Both the position numbers and the translations under genes were made by a program. From contig CAWJPJ010000006.1 of NCBI GenBank assembly GCA_963844715.1, positions 128,001-192,000 of the forward strand: 64,000 nucleotides of DNA. Reading direction: 5' to 3'. Below, in pieces: positions 9,983 through 24,479 of the stretch (position 1 is its first letter; each line of letters starts with the position of its first letter). Source of the DNA: an uncultured Phycisphaerales bacterium. GTDB taxonomy: Bacteria > Planctomycetota > Phycisphaerae > Tepidisphaerales > Tepidisphaeraceae. Under the pieces are notes generated by a model that was given only the letters and a program-made list of their open reading frames with translations, was not told the DNA's origin and made no database searches.

Positions 9983-11846
9983 GAATACTGTCGCCACATT
10001 TGGCGGTAGGTAGATTCTATATTTTGTGCGAACTGCGCGGGGTTGGTTAATGGGGATTTTGATAATCGATCTCGGAGCGTGTAGCGGATTTGAGTTAGGC
10101 GAAGGAGATCGGCGGCTAGCTTTGCCGCGATTTGGACATATTCCTCTGGAGTATTGGCGGCGAGATCTTGTAGGCCGGCTGCGGTGAGGAGAGATAGGCC
10201 GACTCGGCTGACATGGGCGGGGCCGAGGAGTGTGATGACGGGGACGCCCATCCAGAGGGCTTCGCAGGTGATGGTTGTTCCGTGATAGGGGTAGGTGTCC
10301 AGGGCGACGTCGACCATGCGGTAGAGTTGGAGATGGCCGCTGGGGTCGGGGACTCGAGTTTGGAGATTGATGCGATCGGAGTCGATGCCGGCGGCGGAGA
10401 AAATTTGGGTGAGTCGCTTTTGGGCTCGGGGGTTATCCAGGCCGGAATTGCTTTTGATGATCATGCGGCTGTTGGGGACGGCGGCGAGGACCTGGGCCCA
10501 GAGTTCTGCGACGCGATCGTTGACCTTTGAGAGGGTGTTGAAGGATGCGAAGGTGATGTAGCCGCGATGGAAGACGCGCGGCGGAGAGACTTCGGGGGCG
10601 TCGGCATCTTTCCTGCGCAAAGGAAGCAGCCGGGGAGGCGGATTAGGCGCTCGGTGTTCCAGGCGTCGGTTTGGCCGGTGGGATCGGCTTGGGCGTCGGT
10701 GAGGCGATAGTCGATTTCGGGGAGGCCGGTGGTGTCGGGGTAGCCTAACCAGGTGACTTGGATGGGAACGGGTTTTTTGTTGAAGAGGGGGAGGCGGTTG
10801 CCGGGGGTGTGGCCGGCGAGATCGACGAGGATGTCGATCTTGTCGGCGTGGATTTGCTCGATGACACGATCGTCGGACTGGCCGGTGATTTCGCGCCAGT
10901 GGGGGGCGAGCTTTTTGAGGTGTTCGGTGATTTCGTCTTTGCGGATGCTGTCGTCGTAGCAATAGACATCGACCTGGGCGGGGTCGTGGGCTTGGAGGAG
11001 ATTCAGGAAAAAAAACGCCACCGAGTGGCGGCGGAAATCTGGGGAGAGGTAGCCGATGCGGAGGACGCGGTCGGGGTTTTTGTCTAAGTCGTGCGCGGGG
11101 TTGGAGCCGGGGATTGCATGGGGGAACTGGGCGCTCCATTTTTTGTGTTCTTCGAAGACGGATTTGGGATCAAAGTCGGGGTGCAAGTGGAGCACGTAGA
11201 GGCGGTGGCTCTGGGCGACCAGGGAGTTGGGACGCAGGGCGAGGTATTTGTCGAACTCGCTGAGGGCGGCGTCGATCTCGCCGAGGTCTTTATAGGCGCT
11301 GCCCATGTAGAGATGGGCTTCCGCGAAATTGGGATCGAGTTCGAGGGCTTTTTCGTAAGCGCCGATGGCTTCGTCGTAGCGACCGGCGGTTCGCAGGGCG
11401 CCGGCGAGACGCTGGCGGATGAAGGAACTTCTGGGGTCGAAATCGGCGGCTTGCCTGAAGGCGTCGGCGGCGTCGGAGAAGCGATCGGCTTTCCACAGGC
11501 ATTCGCCGAGATTGGTGCGGGGGGCGACGAGCGTGGGATTCAATTCGATGGCGCGGCGATAGGCGGCGATGGCGCGGTCGTAGTTGGCTTGAGCGGTTTC
11601 GACCAGGCCGAGGGAATTGAAGAAGTCCCAGCGATTGGGATGGGCGGTAGTGAGCGATCGAAGTTGGTTGACGGCTTCGGTGGGGTTGCCTTGATCCCAA
11701 TTGAGGATGGCAAGGAGATGGCGGGCGTCCGGGTGGTTGGGGTGTTGGGAAAGGATTTCTTTGCAGATGGCGGCGGCTTGGGCGTGGTCGCCGGATTGGC
11801 GAAGCTGCATTGCGGTTTGAAGGCGCGGTTCAAGCATGGGGCTCAC
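9943..11846 (-). CDS. TPR + SPINDLY/OGT-family protein (frameshift ~10615)
   Basis: Two overlapping ORFs (10461-11846, 9943-11139) together give TPRs, LRIGYLSPDFRRHSV and DVALDTYPYHGTTITCEALWMGVPV. Confidence 0.85.
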
Positions 11847-11876
11847 TGAGCGGAGTCATAGTCACTTTAATTCTCG

Positions 11877-11920
11877 CCCCTCACCCTTGCCCTCTCCCCG
11901 GAGTACCGGGGAGAGGGGAA
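11877..11920. repeat. REP-like palindromic repeat
   Basis: CCCCTCACCCTTGCCCTCTCCCCGGAGTACCGGGGAGAGGGGAA. Confidence 0.85.
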
Positions 11921-11922
11921 AA

Positions 11923-13373
11923 TCATTGCGCGGCGGGTGACTGGTCTTGCTGGGGCGGTTCGATGTTGATGGTCTCTTGCCGGCCGTCGATTTTGGAGAT
12001 GACGAAGACGATGGACTTATCGGGGCTATTTTTTCGGAAGTCTTCGTAATCCTTTTTGAATTCGTCGATGTCGGTGACGGCCTGGTCGTTCATGCTGGTG
12101 ATCATGTCGCCGAATTCGAGTTTGGCGGCGGCTGCGGCGGCCTGTGGGCGGATCATGGCGATCACTACGCCGGTGGTCGAGGCGGGGAGTTTGCGGCGAT
12201 AGGTATCGATGAAAACGACCTCGCGGGCGACGAAGCCGAGGTCCTTGGCGTAATAACGTCGCGCGGAATAGGCTTGCTCTGGGCGCTCTTCGAGCGTGAC
12301 GGTGACGTCGCGCGGGACGTCGCCGCGATGGCGGACGACGGTCAGGGTGACGAGATCGCCGACTTTCATTCGCTGGATTTTTCGGGAGAGGATTTCGCCG
12401 ATCTCGATGGGCATGTCGCCGCGCTCGAGGGGCTGGCCATTCAGTTTAATGATGATGTCGGTGGCTTGGAGGCCGGCGCGTTCGGCGGGGGAATTGGGGA
12501 CGACGTCGCCGATCTGGACTGCGGGGACGTTGGTCAGGCCGACGAACTCGGCCAGTTCCTTATCGAGCCCCTTGAGTTGCATGCAGCCGATCCAGGGGAT
12601 GATGACCGGGTGATTGGCGTCGGGGGGCGGATTCAGGGTCCAGAGAAAATCGCCGGCGGGGACGAATAACTTTGCTGGGGAATAGACCATGGGGAGATCG
12701 TTGGGGGCTTCGGGATTGTCGAGGAGGGGCCCGAGGTTTCCCTGGAGGGGGACATAGCCGATGGCTTGGCCTTTGGCGTTAAAGACGGGGGAGCCGACGC
12801 CGGCGAGGTCGCCGTCAACGAGATATTGCGGGATGGGGCCGCGCATGGGTGTGGAGGCGGTTGCGGAAGTGATTTGGGCGCGATAGCCGGAGGATTCGGG
12901 GAGGATGCCGACGGAATAGAGCTGGTCGCCGATTTGCGGGGGAAGGTCCACGAAAGTCAGGGGTTTCCAGGTCGGCTGAGTGGTCGCGGAGTTGGGATCG
13001 GGGCGGACGAAGGCGAGTTCGGTTCGCTCGTCGCGAAGAACGAGCGTGGCGTCGATTTCCGTGGTGTCCTGGGTCTCGCTGGGGATGACGATTTTGAAAC
13101 TCTTCAATTGATTGTCGGGGATCAACTGGGGGGTGACGACGGTGATGGGGAACATGACCAGGCCGTCGCTGCCGATGACGATGCCGGCGGCGACGAGTTC
13201 GTGGGATTGCAGCTCATTTGCCCAGGTATATTTCACGGCGACGAGGGAGGGCTTGATGTCTTCGCCCAATTGCTTGAAGGGATTGGCTTCCTGGCGCGGG
13301 AGAGGGGAGCGCTGAAGAGAAAAGCCGCGGCGGCGCTGAGGGCAACGAAGTACGAGCGGAAATGCTGATTCAT
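11923..13373 (-). CDS. Secreted trypsin-like/PDZ-domain protein (HtrA-like, catalytic residues apparently missing; frameshift near 5' end)
   Basis: Signal-like MNQHFRSYFVALSAAAAFLF, GIVIGSDGLV, and two PDZ-like segments (VVPNSPAERAGLQATDII; AAKLEFGDMI). Confidence 0.75.
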
Positions 13374-13387
13374 GGATTGGGCTCCCT

Positions 13388-14808
13388 TTAGTCCCCCGGC
13401 TCGGTGGCTGGGGCGTATTTTTTCACTTCCAGGACGGCGTCGAATTTGTCGCGGTCGCGCTTGACCTCAAGGAGAACGCGGTCGTCCTTTTCCTTGATGG
13501 TCTGATTATACAAATCTTCGAAAGACTGCATGCCGGAGATGGGGAGGGAATTAATCGAAAGTATGACGTCGCCCTGCAGGAGTTGGGCGCTGTTCGACGG
13601 GATCACCTTCCGCGTCGCTGGTGATCCAGACGCCGGCGACTTTATCGAGCTGATTTTCGACGGCGTAACGGCGCGTGACTTGCCGGAGGGACACTCCCCA
13701 GTGGGAGAAGCCCTTTTCATCGCCGAGATAACCTTCCAGAAGGACGGGGGTGGCGGCGAGAGTCAGCGTTTGCTTTTCGCGCTTGATGGTAAGAGTGACA
13801 GGGGCGCCGACGAGGAGATCGGCCAGGCGTTTGCGGACGGGGGCGAGTTCCTCGGGGAAGCGGACGTTGGTGGCGATGCCGTTGACGGCCAGGAGAATGT
13901 CCTGAGAACGGATGCCGGCGTCGTGGGCGGGGCCGATGCGGTCGACGCTGTCGATGAGCACGCCCTGGTCGAGATTCACGTCGTAGAAGGATTCCAGTTC
14001 GTGGAGGGGCATGAGTTCCATGCCCAGGTCGCTGCGGGTGACGGAGCCTTTTTTATCCGCCGTGGCAGATTGGAGGATGGCGGCGATGACGGGTTTTGCG
14101 GTGTCGATGGGGATGGCGAAGTTGAGGTTCTTGCGCCCCGCCGCGGGTATTGATGCCGACGACTTTGCCGTTCAGGTCGACAAGGGGACCGCCGCTGTTG
14201 CCGGGGTTGATGGGGACGTCCATCTGGATCCAATTGGAGAAGTCGCCGGTTTCGTAGCCGTCGATGTCCATGTCCTTGATGTTGTCGTAGAAGGTTCGGT
14301 CGGTGTTGGAGACGCTGCCGCGCGTGACGGTCCGGGCCAGGCCGTAGGGAGTGCCGAAGGCCATGACGTCCTGCCCGACGAGGACGGCGGAGCTGTCGCC
14401 AAGCTGGGCGATGCTGAAGGTGATGTTTCGTTGCTTAATGACATCCGGGTCCATTTGGATGATGGCCAGGTCGGTCCAGTGATCGTCGCCGATGAGACGG
14501 GCGGGGACGCGCTCCTTGCTGGCGAGGGTGACATAAAGCTCGGCGGCGCGCCCGGCGACGTGATAGTTGGTCAGGATTCTGCCCTGGGAGTCGATGATGA
14601 CGCCCGAGCCGTTGCCGCGGATGAGGGATTGTTTTCCTTCGCGATATTCCGCCTGAGCGACGTCAACGCGGACGACGGCGGGGGAGATCATGGAAGTCAC
14701 TTTGGTGACGCGATCGGGGGTGGCCTGGGGATAAGGCTGGGCATCCTGGCAGGAAGCCAGAGGGGGAAAGACTAGGAAAAGAAAAAGGGACTTTAGGGGG
14801 AGCCTCAT
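13388..14808 (-). CDS. HtrA/DegP-family serine protease with PDZ domains (frameshifted)
   Basis: GSGVIID, ILTNYHV, TDLAII and INPGNSGGPLV triad motifs. PDZ pieces lie in downstream frames. Confidence 0.85.
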
Positions 14809-14919
14809 CCGTTGGGGTAAAGATCGTCGAAGCGGCGTTGTGTAGCAACCCCCGGGGCGAAGATAAAGAATTTGAATCGCGAAGAGCGAAGACGGCGAAG
14901 CTAAGACAGATCATTCGCC

Positions 14920-15460
14920 TCAGCTGAACGTCGCCAGGGTGGAATAGGTCGCGCCTTTGTCGGTCAGTCGGCTCTCTTTGAGAACAAACTCATCGACAGC
15001 GAATTTGAGATTTGAGATCGCCACCGAAGCGAGTTTCGCGCGGGCGTCCGGGTCCACGCGTCTCTTCACGCGCCCCAGCGTCACATGCGGGGTCCACCGC
15101 CGACCCTCTAGCGGAAAACCGGCCTCATGACATGCCCGATCAATTTCTTCGGCCAAATGCGGCGCATCGATTTCCCTCGTCCTCCATCGCCGCGCCCACG
15201 ATATGAATTGGTCCATGCGGCGGAAAGCATAGTACCCCGCATATACGCAAGGAAATCGCCGGCTCAATGTGAACGCCTTTCAAAGCCGCGATAACGCTCG
15301 GCAATTCTCGGTCCTCGGTATCCCCGAGAAATTTTAGGGTCAGATGAAGCTGCTCGGCGAGCGTCCACCTGGCTGGAATCAACGGACGCAATATTTCCTG
15401 CATCTTCTGAAGATGCCTGACAACCGATTCCTGCGGCTCGATGGCGACAAACAGACGCAT
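14920..15460 (-). CDS. thpR: RNA 2',3'-cyclic phosphodiesterase (frameshifted)
   Basis: MRLFVAIE start and two 2H motifs (HLTLKFLG, PHVTLGR) in adjacent frames. Confidence 0.85.
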
Positions 15461-15524
15461 TCCCGGCCCCATTCTAATCCGAGCGCTTTCAAAATCGCGC
15501 CTCTCGGATAGAGTGATTTATCAG

Positions 15525-16418
15525 ATGCATCCAATTCGCATCGAGAACAACGCGATTCGCATGGAAGTCTGGCCGCAATTCGGGGGCAAGGTCTCGAGCA
15601 TCGTCGATAAGGCCGATCATTTCGACTTGATGTTTTCCTACCCGATGGAGCTGCCGGACAATCCCTGTTACGACGCCTCTTACGCCGACCACTGGTACTG
15701 CGGCTGGGACGAATGTTTCCCGGCCGTCGGGACCTGCGTTTATCCCTTGCATCCTTATAAGGGCGTCCCGGTCCCGGATCATGGCGAATTATGGGGCATC
15801 CCGACCACGACGGCGGTGCCTACTCAGGACGGCATCACCACCGTCTGGCACGGCCTGCGATTCGGTTACCGCCTCACGCGCAAGCTCTATCTGACCGATT
15901 CCTCGGTCGTCGCCGAGTACACGCTCATCAATCTCGCGCCCTTCGAGTTCCGATTCGTGTGGGCACAGCACGCGCTGATGTCCATGGCTTCGCCGGTCGA
16001 ACTCGGCGCTGGAAAAATCCGGTCCTTCAGATTGAGTCACGACGCCCAGGGAAAGCTCATCGATAAAGACTTCGACTGGCCGAAGACGCCTACTGGCGAG
16101 GATCTATCCAGGCTGGCCGAACTTCCCCCAAAACTTGGTTGGAAATCGTTTAGCACCGAACCAATCTCCGCAGAGTTTCAAATTAACTATCCGAGCCGAA
16201 AACGCTCGGTTCGTATCTCATATAGCTCGGTTGATGGGTTGCAAGCCTATTGGGGCATCTGGATCGGGACCGGCGGGTGGGGCGGTCACAACCATTTCGC
16301 AATCGAGCCTACGACAGGCCGTTACGATCAGTTAGATCGATCCATCCAGGACGATTCCGCAGGCCGCCTTGCTCCCTTTGGCCGCCGCGAATGGGCCCTC
16401 CGCTGGGACCTTTATTAA
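15525..16418 (+). CDS. Galactose mutarotase/aldose 1-epimerase-like protein
   Basis: GGKVSSI, GWDECFP, PDHGELW, FVWAQHAL and AIEPTTG motifs. Confidence 0.75.
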   Translation: MHPIRIENNAIRMEVWPQFGGKVSSIVDKADHFDLMFSYPMELPDNPCYDASYADHWYCGWDECFPAVGTCVYPLHPYKGVPVPDHGELWGIPTTTAVPTQDGITTVWHGLRFGYRLTRKLYLTDSSVVAEYTLINLAPFEFRFVWAQHALMSMASPVELGAGKIRSFRLSHDAQGKLIDKDFDWPKTPTGEDLSRLAELPPKLGWKSFSTEPISAEFQINYPSRKRSVRISYSSVDGLQAYWGIWIGTGGWGGHNHFAIEPTTGRYDQLDRSIQDDSAGRLAPFGRREWALRWDLY

Positions 16419-16539
16419 GATTTATTCTAGGCCTTACCCAAACTGTAACTTCCTCCCAGAGGCGCATATAGTTAATTGAACACACAACAAAGCTCTCTTC
16501 TCTCCCCTGAAGCCCCGGACGATTTCCCCGCGTCCGGGG

Positions 16540-17094
16540 TTATTTTTTTACCCGCCCCAAAACCTGCGCGATCGACCATTGTGAAAGAGCCATGTACCCG
16601 CTGATCGCCACCGCCACGGCACAGAAGAGCTGAAACCCGATGACGTTGTAGGTTCGAATCACCACATACAAATTCAGCAATCCTGCCGCCGCGGTCAGGA
16701 AAAACACCGCCAGAATCACGGGCCTGCGAAGGGCCACGAGCAGGGCGATTCCTTCGATGAGAAGCACGACTCCGAACACCGCCATTCCCATATCGGACCA
16801 GAAAAATTCGCTGTGCGATGTAGGGGAGGGGATTCCCCTGGGCATCGTTCACTGGATTGTTTTGCTGGAACGCCGCGGGATTGTGGAGGTATTGAAACGT
16901 GTGCGGAAATACAAAAAGGACGATCAGCCCGATCGCGATGCTGAACCACGCTTCCGCCAGGCGCGGCGCATCAATGGCGCTCGAATATCGGCGGCAACGA
17001 CCGGTTGCGCGGGCGGCGGTGGCACCGGCGGCACAGCAGGTTCCGACGGGGGCTGCGGGGTCTGCGATAATTTCGGCAATTTCGACAGATCCAT
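16540..17094 (-). CDS. Hypothetical membrane protein (frameshifted)
   Basis: Pro-rich N-terminus MDLSKLPKLSQTPQPP and several hydrophobic helices across frames. Confidence 0.55.
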
Positions 17095-17177
17095 GACTTT
17101 CGCCCTCCCCCGTAGATGGGCAACCCACCATCACTGTATAAATGACGGACTGGCGTTGCAAACTATTCAGGAGATGC

Positions 17178-18208
<1,031 letters not shown>

Positions 18209-18234
18209 TCGTACCGGGATCTTGCTTATCGGCG

Positions 18235-18513
18235 ATGGAAAAAACGATGAAAGCCGCCAAACTGCCAATCACGGATTCCATACAGGAACTCGCACGGTTT
18301 TGGGATGCCCACGATTTGACGGACTTCGAGGGCGAACTCGAAGAAGCCACGGAACCGGTCTTCGTTAGCGACGATTCCATATCGCTTCGGCTAAGTTCCC
18401 GTGACGCGAAGGCGGTTCGCCGCCTAGCCGAATCCAAGGGGATTTCTCAGGCCAAACTAATTCAAGAATGGGTCTTACAGGAATTGGGGCGTCGTAAAAG
18501 GCGATCGGGATAG
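18235..18513 (+). CDS. CopG/BrnA-like antitoxin
   Basis: DSIQELARFWDAHDLTDF followed by RHH-like ISLRL...AESKGISQAKLIQEWV. Confidence 0.7.
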   Translation: MEKTMKAAKLPITDSIQELARFWDAHDLTDFEGELEEATEPVFVSDDSISLRLSSRDAKAVRRLAESKGISQAKLIQEWVLQELGRRKRRSG

Positions 18514-18573
18514 GGACATTCGGTCCGGAGCGGCGCGGAAGCGCCCGGGTCAACCGGTGGGGGTCGGCCGGCC

Positions 18574-18801
18574 TCAGTTCGTCGACCTCACCAAAGTCAA
18601 CACGATCGCCGCCAGGGCCGCGACGTTCACCCTTGGAAAGGCTCGGACCGTTTGGATTGATTTGTCCAGCGACTGCCCGCAATTTTGGCAATAGGGGCGA
18701 TTCGTCACGTGTGGCTGGATCTCCGGCGATCCCTCGGGGCCGTTCTTCGTGGCGATTCTGCTCCCGCCGCATCGCGGGCAACTGATCTTTTGCTGACGCA
18801 T
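18574..18801 (-). CDS. Small zinc-ribbon-like hypothetical protein
   Basis: CPRC...CQNC pairs and a hydrophobic C-terminus. Confidence 0.35.
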   Translation of the reverse strand: MRQQKISCPRCGGSRIATKNGPEGSPEIQPHVTNRPYCQNCGQSLDKSIQTVRAFPRVNVAALAAIVLTLVRSTN

Positions 18802-19273
18802 GATTGCTCTCTCTCTGACGGAGCGGCGTTGGTTGAACCGCATCGGCAATCCATTTCAGGCAACGGCGCGCCGTACCCAGCCGCGATCTTCACAGCATCG
18901 GCTAGCCGTTTGCGACGCACCTTTCGAGCCAATCGAAGCTGCACCCAAAGTAGCGGCGGTTAGCCGATTGTGCGACGCTATTTGATGTCAGGCTGGAAAA
19001 TGATCCAGGAGGAACTGCCTCAACCCCGTCAAAGCCGACGCTTACCAAACCCTAGGAAGCGGCACAGCCAATCGGAGGACTCCCGACCCTACGTTTGTGA
19101 TTATGAACGCGCTTTTATTGAAGTCAAAAAAATTCACGTCTTGGAGCGCCGTGTTTCCGGCCAGCCAACGCGATATTCGCACCGCGACAAAAGGACGGGC
19201 CCGCGATCTGGCAGCCCAAAGGGGCGATTCTGGCTTGCCAATGGGGGGGGCTGGCTTTATGCTCGCCGCTTAA

Positions 19274-19356
19274 TCGCTAGGGGTGATGCCGAGTTTTCGG
19301 CATCTGAGAACACACCCTTGCACCTGATCCGGGTGATGCCGGCGTAGGGAAGCGAA
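19274..19356 (+). ncRNA. TPP riboswitch
   Basis: GGGGTG...CTGAGA..ACACCC.TG.ACCTGATCCGGGTGATGCCGGCGTAGGGAA consensus, directly upstream of thiC. Confidence 0.93.
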
Positions 19357-19409
19357 CATGCCTCAAAGAAACTTCGCTGCGCGGGTCCCGGAATTTAAAT
19401 GGAGTTGCC

Positions 19410-21148
<1,739 letters not shown>

Positions 21149-21156
21149 CTCTTCAT

Positions 21157-21268
21157 CCCCTCTCCCTGTACTCGGGGAGAGGGTTAGGGTGAGGGGTGAA
21201 TTTCGAATGTCGATTGCCGCCCCTTACCCCAACCCGCCGTGCCGGAGCTGAAGGAGTGGGCGAGAGGG
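21157..21268. repeat. REP-like palindrome plus degenerate inverted partner
   Basis: CCCCTCTCCCTGTACTCGGGGAGAGGGTTAGGGTGAGGGG, followed by TTTCGAATGTCGATTGCCG, which is also seen at ~58130. Confidence 0.7.
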
Positions 21269-21291
21269 AAAACTGTTATAATCCTTTTCTC

Positions 21292-21450
21292 GTGAAATCG
21301 AAAAACGTCAAAGCACGTGCGAAGCCCACTGACGAGTATGAACGCGCTTGGAGCGTCGAAATCGCCAGGCGCATTGCGGAACTTGATGCCGGCCGCGCAA
21401 GACTAGTTCGTGGGCGCCCGTTCGCCGCAGACTTCGAAACGCAAGCTTAA
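21292..21450 (+). CDS. Addiction-module antitoxin-like small protein
   Basis: EYERAWSVEIARRIAELDAGRARLV resembles putative addiction module components. Confidence 0.55.
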   Translation: MKSKNVKARAKPTDEYERAWSVEIARRIAELDAGRARLVRGRPFAADFETQA

Positions 21451-21477
21451 GAAAAAAGAGTCCGAAACGGAGCCCCC

Positions 21478-21931
21478 ATGCCCGAAGATAAACCCTCACT
21501 GCACATCGACACAGATTGGAAACGCCAGGCCCAGGAAGAGAAGCAGCAAGCTCGCTGAAGAGGAAGCGAAGAAGAAGGCCGCCGAAACAGTTGCCTCTCC
21601 ACCTACGGCCGCCAGCGTCGGCGTTGGCCCTGCCGCGCCCGGCGTATCCCCCAAAAACCAGGGCCGCAAACCCGAGGCAATTCCCGCCGCCAGTTTCGTC
21701 GGCCTCGTCCAGTCCCTCGTGACGCAGATTCTTTATTACCTCGGCGACCTTTCGGCCCGCGGCTCCGAGCCCGCCGTCAATCTCGACATGGCCAAGCACC
21801 AGATCGACCTGCTAGGCGTCCTCGAGGAAAAAACCCGCAACAATCTGAGCGAAGAAGAAAAGACCATGCTCGACAGCGCCTTGTATGAAACCCGCATGCG
21901 GTACGTTTCGGTCGCCTCCCAATACACGTGA
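21478..21931 (+). CDS. DUF1844-family protein (frameshifted near 5' end)
   Basis: MPEDKPSLHIDTDWK...; NLDMAKHQIDLLGVLEEKTRNNLSEEE...LYETRMRYV. Confidence 0.8.
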
Positions 21932-21943
21932 TATTAAAAAAGC

Positions 21944-23916
21944 ATGCCGGATCAAAACATCGAATCCTCGATGCAAGAGACCCGTGTCTTCGAGCCCGAC
22001 CCCGCGCTCGCCGCCAAGGCCTGGATCAAATCCCGCGAGCAATATGATCAGATGTACCGCCGCTCGATCGATCACCCAGACCAGTTCTGGGGCGAAATCG
22101 CCCAGGAACTGCAATGGTTCCCAAAATGGAAAAATGTCCTCGATTGGAATCTCCCCAACGCCAAATGGTTCGTCGGCGGAAAGACCAACGTTGCCTATAA
22201 CTGTCTCGATCATCAGATCGCGCTAGGCCGCGGAAATAAAACCGCCATTCTTTGGGAAGCAGAGCCCGACCAATCTGCCGGCGCCGGTCCCGAAATCCGC
22301 CGCGTCTCCTATTCCCAACTTCGCGACGACGTCTGCCGATTCGCCAACGGTTTGAAAAAACTCGGCGTAAAAAAGGGCACGCGCGTCACCATTTACGTGC
22401 CCATGGTCCCGGAGGCCGCCGTGGCCATGCTCGCCTGCGCGCGGCTTGCGCACCGCACAGCGTCATCTTCGGCGGTTTCAGCAGCCAGGCCATTGCCGAT
22501 CGCGTCCAGGACGCAGCGAGCGAAATCCTCATCACCGCCGACGGCGGCCGCCGCCGCGGCCAGGTCGTCCCCCTCAAATCCAATGTCGACGATGCCGCCG
22601 AAAAAACCCCGCTCATCAAAAAAGTAATCGTCCTCAAACACGTCGGCCAGCCCATCAATTGGGTCCCCGATCGCGACATCTGGTGGAGCGACGTCACCGC
22701 CGGCCAATCAGCCGATTGTCCCCCCGAGCCGATGGACGCCGAGGACATGCTCTTCGTCCTCTACACCAGCGGGTCGACCGGCAAACCCAAGGGAATCGTC
22801 CACACCACCGGCGGCTACATGGTCGGCGCCTACCTCACCACCAAATATGTCTTCGATCTGCACGACCAGGACGTCTACTGGTGCACCGCCGACGTCGGCT
22901 GGATCACCGGCCACAGCTACGTCGTCTACGGACCCCTCCTCAACGGCGCCACCACGCTCATGTACGAAGGCGCCCCCAACTTCCCTGACTTTTCCAGATT
23001 CTGGTCCATCATCGCCCGCCACAAAGTCACCATCTTTTACACCGCGCCAACAGCCATCCGCGCCTTCATGCGCGCCGGCCGTCAGTTCGTCGAGGGGCAC
23101 GACCTCTCATCATTGCGAGTCCTGGGAACCGTGGGCGAGCCCATCAACCCCGAAGCCTGGATGTGGTATCGCGATGTCATCGGAGGCGGGAAATGCCCCA
23201 TCATGGACACCTGGTGGCAAACCGAAACCGGCGCCATCATGATCACGCCTCTCCCGGGCGTCACCCCCATCAAACCCGGCACCGCCACCCTCCCATTCTT
23301 CGGCATCGACCCCGCCGTCGTCGATCGCGAGGGGAACGTCCTCCCCCCCAATCAAGGCGGCCTCTTGGTCATCCGCAAACCCTGGCCCTCGATGCTCCGC
23401 GGAATATTGAACGACCCCGACCGCTTCGTCCGCCAATATTTCAGCGACGTCAAAGGCGTTTATTTCACCGGCGACGGCGCCCGCACCGACGATCGCGGCT
23501 ACTTCTGGCTCATGGGCCGCGTCGACGACGTCATCAACGTCTCCGGCCACCGCCTGGGCACCGCTGAAATCGAAAGCGCCATCGTCAGCCACCCAGCCGT
23601 CGCCGAAGCCGCCGTGGTAGGCATGCCCCACGAAATGAAAGGCCAGGGCATCGCCGCCTTCGTCACACTCCGAACCGGCTTTCACCCCAGCGAAGAACTT
23701 AAAAAGGAACTCAGCACGGTGGTAACAAAACAAATCGGCTCCCTGGCCCGCCCTGATCAAATAAGATTCACCGAAGCCCTCCCCAAGACCCGCAGCGGCA
23801 AGATTATGCGCCGAGTCCTGAAAGAATTGGCCACTAGCGGCGAGGTGAAGGGAGATACGACCACCCTGGAAGATTTTTCCGTTATCGCTCGTCTCAAGGA
23901 AAAAGACGAAGCCTGA
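21944..23916 (+). CDS. acs: Acetate-CoA ligase (frameshift ~22445)
   Basis: [36 protein letters not shown] and [12 protein letters not shown]. Confidence 0.95.
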
Positions 23917-24223
23917 AGAATCTCTTCGCTTGGGATAGTCCGGCTCCGAATCAAACCGGGAAACGCTCTGAGGCTGTCACGGGAGAAGAAAAAGCTTGCC
24001 CAAATGGCGAAGCTGAGTATGCTATGAAAATTTGCAACTACGTTCGTCGGCAGGGAGATTCCACGGGAACCGGAAATCCCCGCCAAAATAAGGGCAATAT
24101 AGATATCATTTGTTCGATCTTCGATGTCGGTAGCAGCGCCGGATCGCTGGAACGCGGTCATATATTGCGGATAACGGCAGCAAAAGGCCGGCGATAACCG
24201 AGCGATTATGCGGGGGCAGAGTT

Positions 24224-24424
24224 ATGCCAGAAAAAAATAACCAGAAGGAGTACGAGTCGCGAGCAGAACCCCTTCGCGTGCATTTGCCCCGTTTCCTTAT
24301 TGAAGACGATATCGGGTTGGGTGATGTCATTAAGCGCGCCACCTATGCGGTCGGCATAAAATCTTGCAAGGGCTGCGAACGCCGCGCGGCTTCGCTCAAT
24401 CGATTCATATCATTTCATCGATAG
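24224..24424 (+). CDS. Small CxxC hypothetical protein
   Basis: IGLGDVIKRAT...CKGCERRAASLNR; directly upstream of the PatG-like gene. Confidence 0.7.
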   Translation: MPEKNNQKEYESRAEPLRVHLPRFLIEDDIGLGDVIKRATYAVGIKSCKGCERRAASLNRFISFHR

Positions 24425-24479
24425 GTCGCACAGCGGAAGCGGCGTTATCGGAGGGTCGGAACGGGCAAAGGGAGCTTTT

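Noticed and set aside
593..14775. Many long plus-strand ORFs opposite the TPR and HtrA genes
   Set aside because: Antisense shadows caused by high-GC codon bias, with no independent motifs.
18970..19347. 125-aa ORF upstream of thiC
   Set aside because: It overlaps the TPP riboswitch and has no recognisable features.
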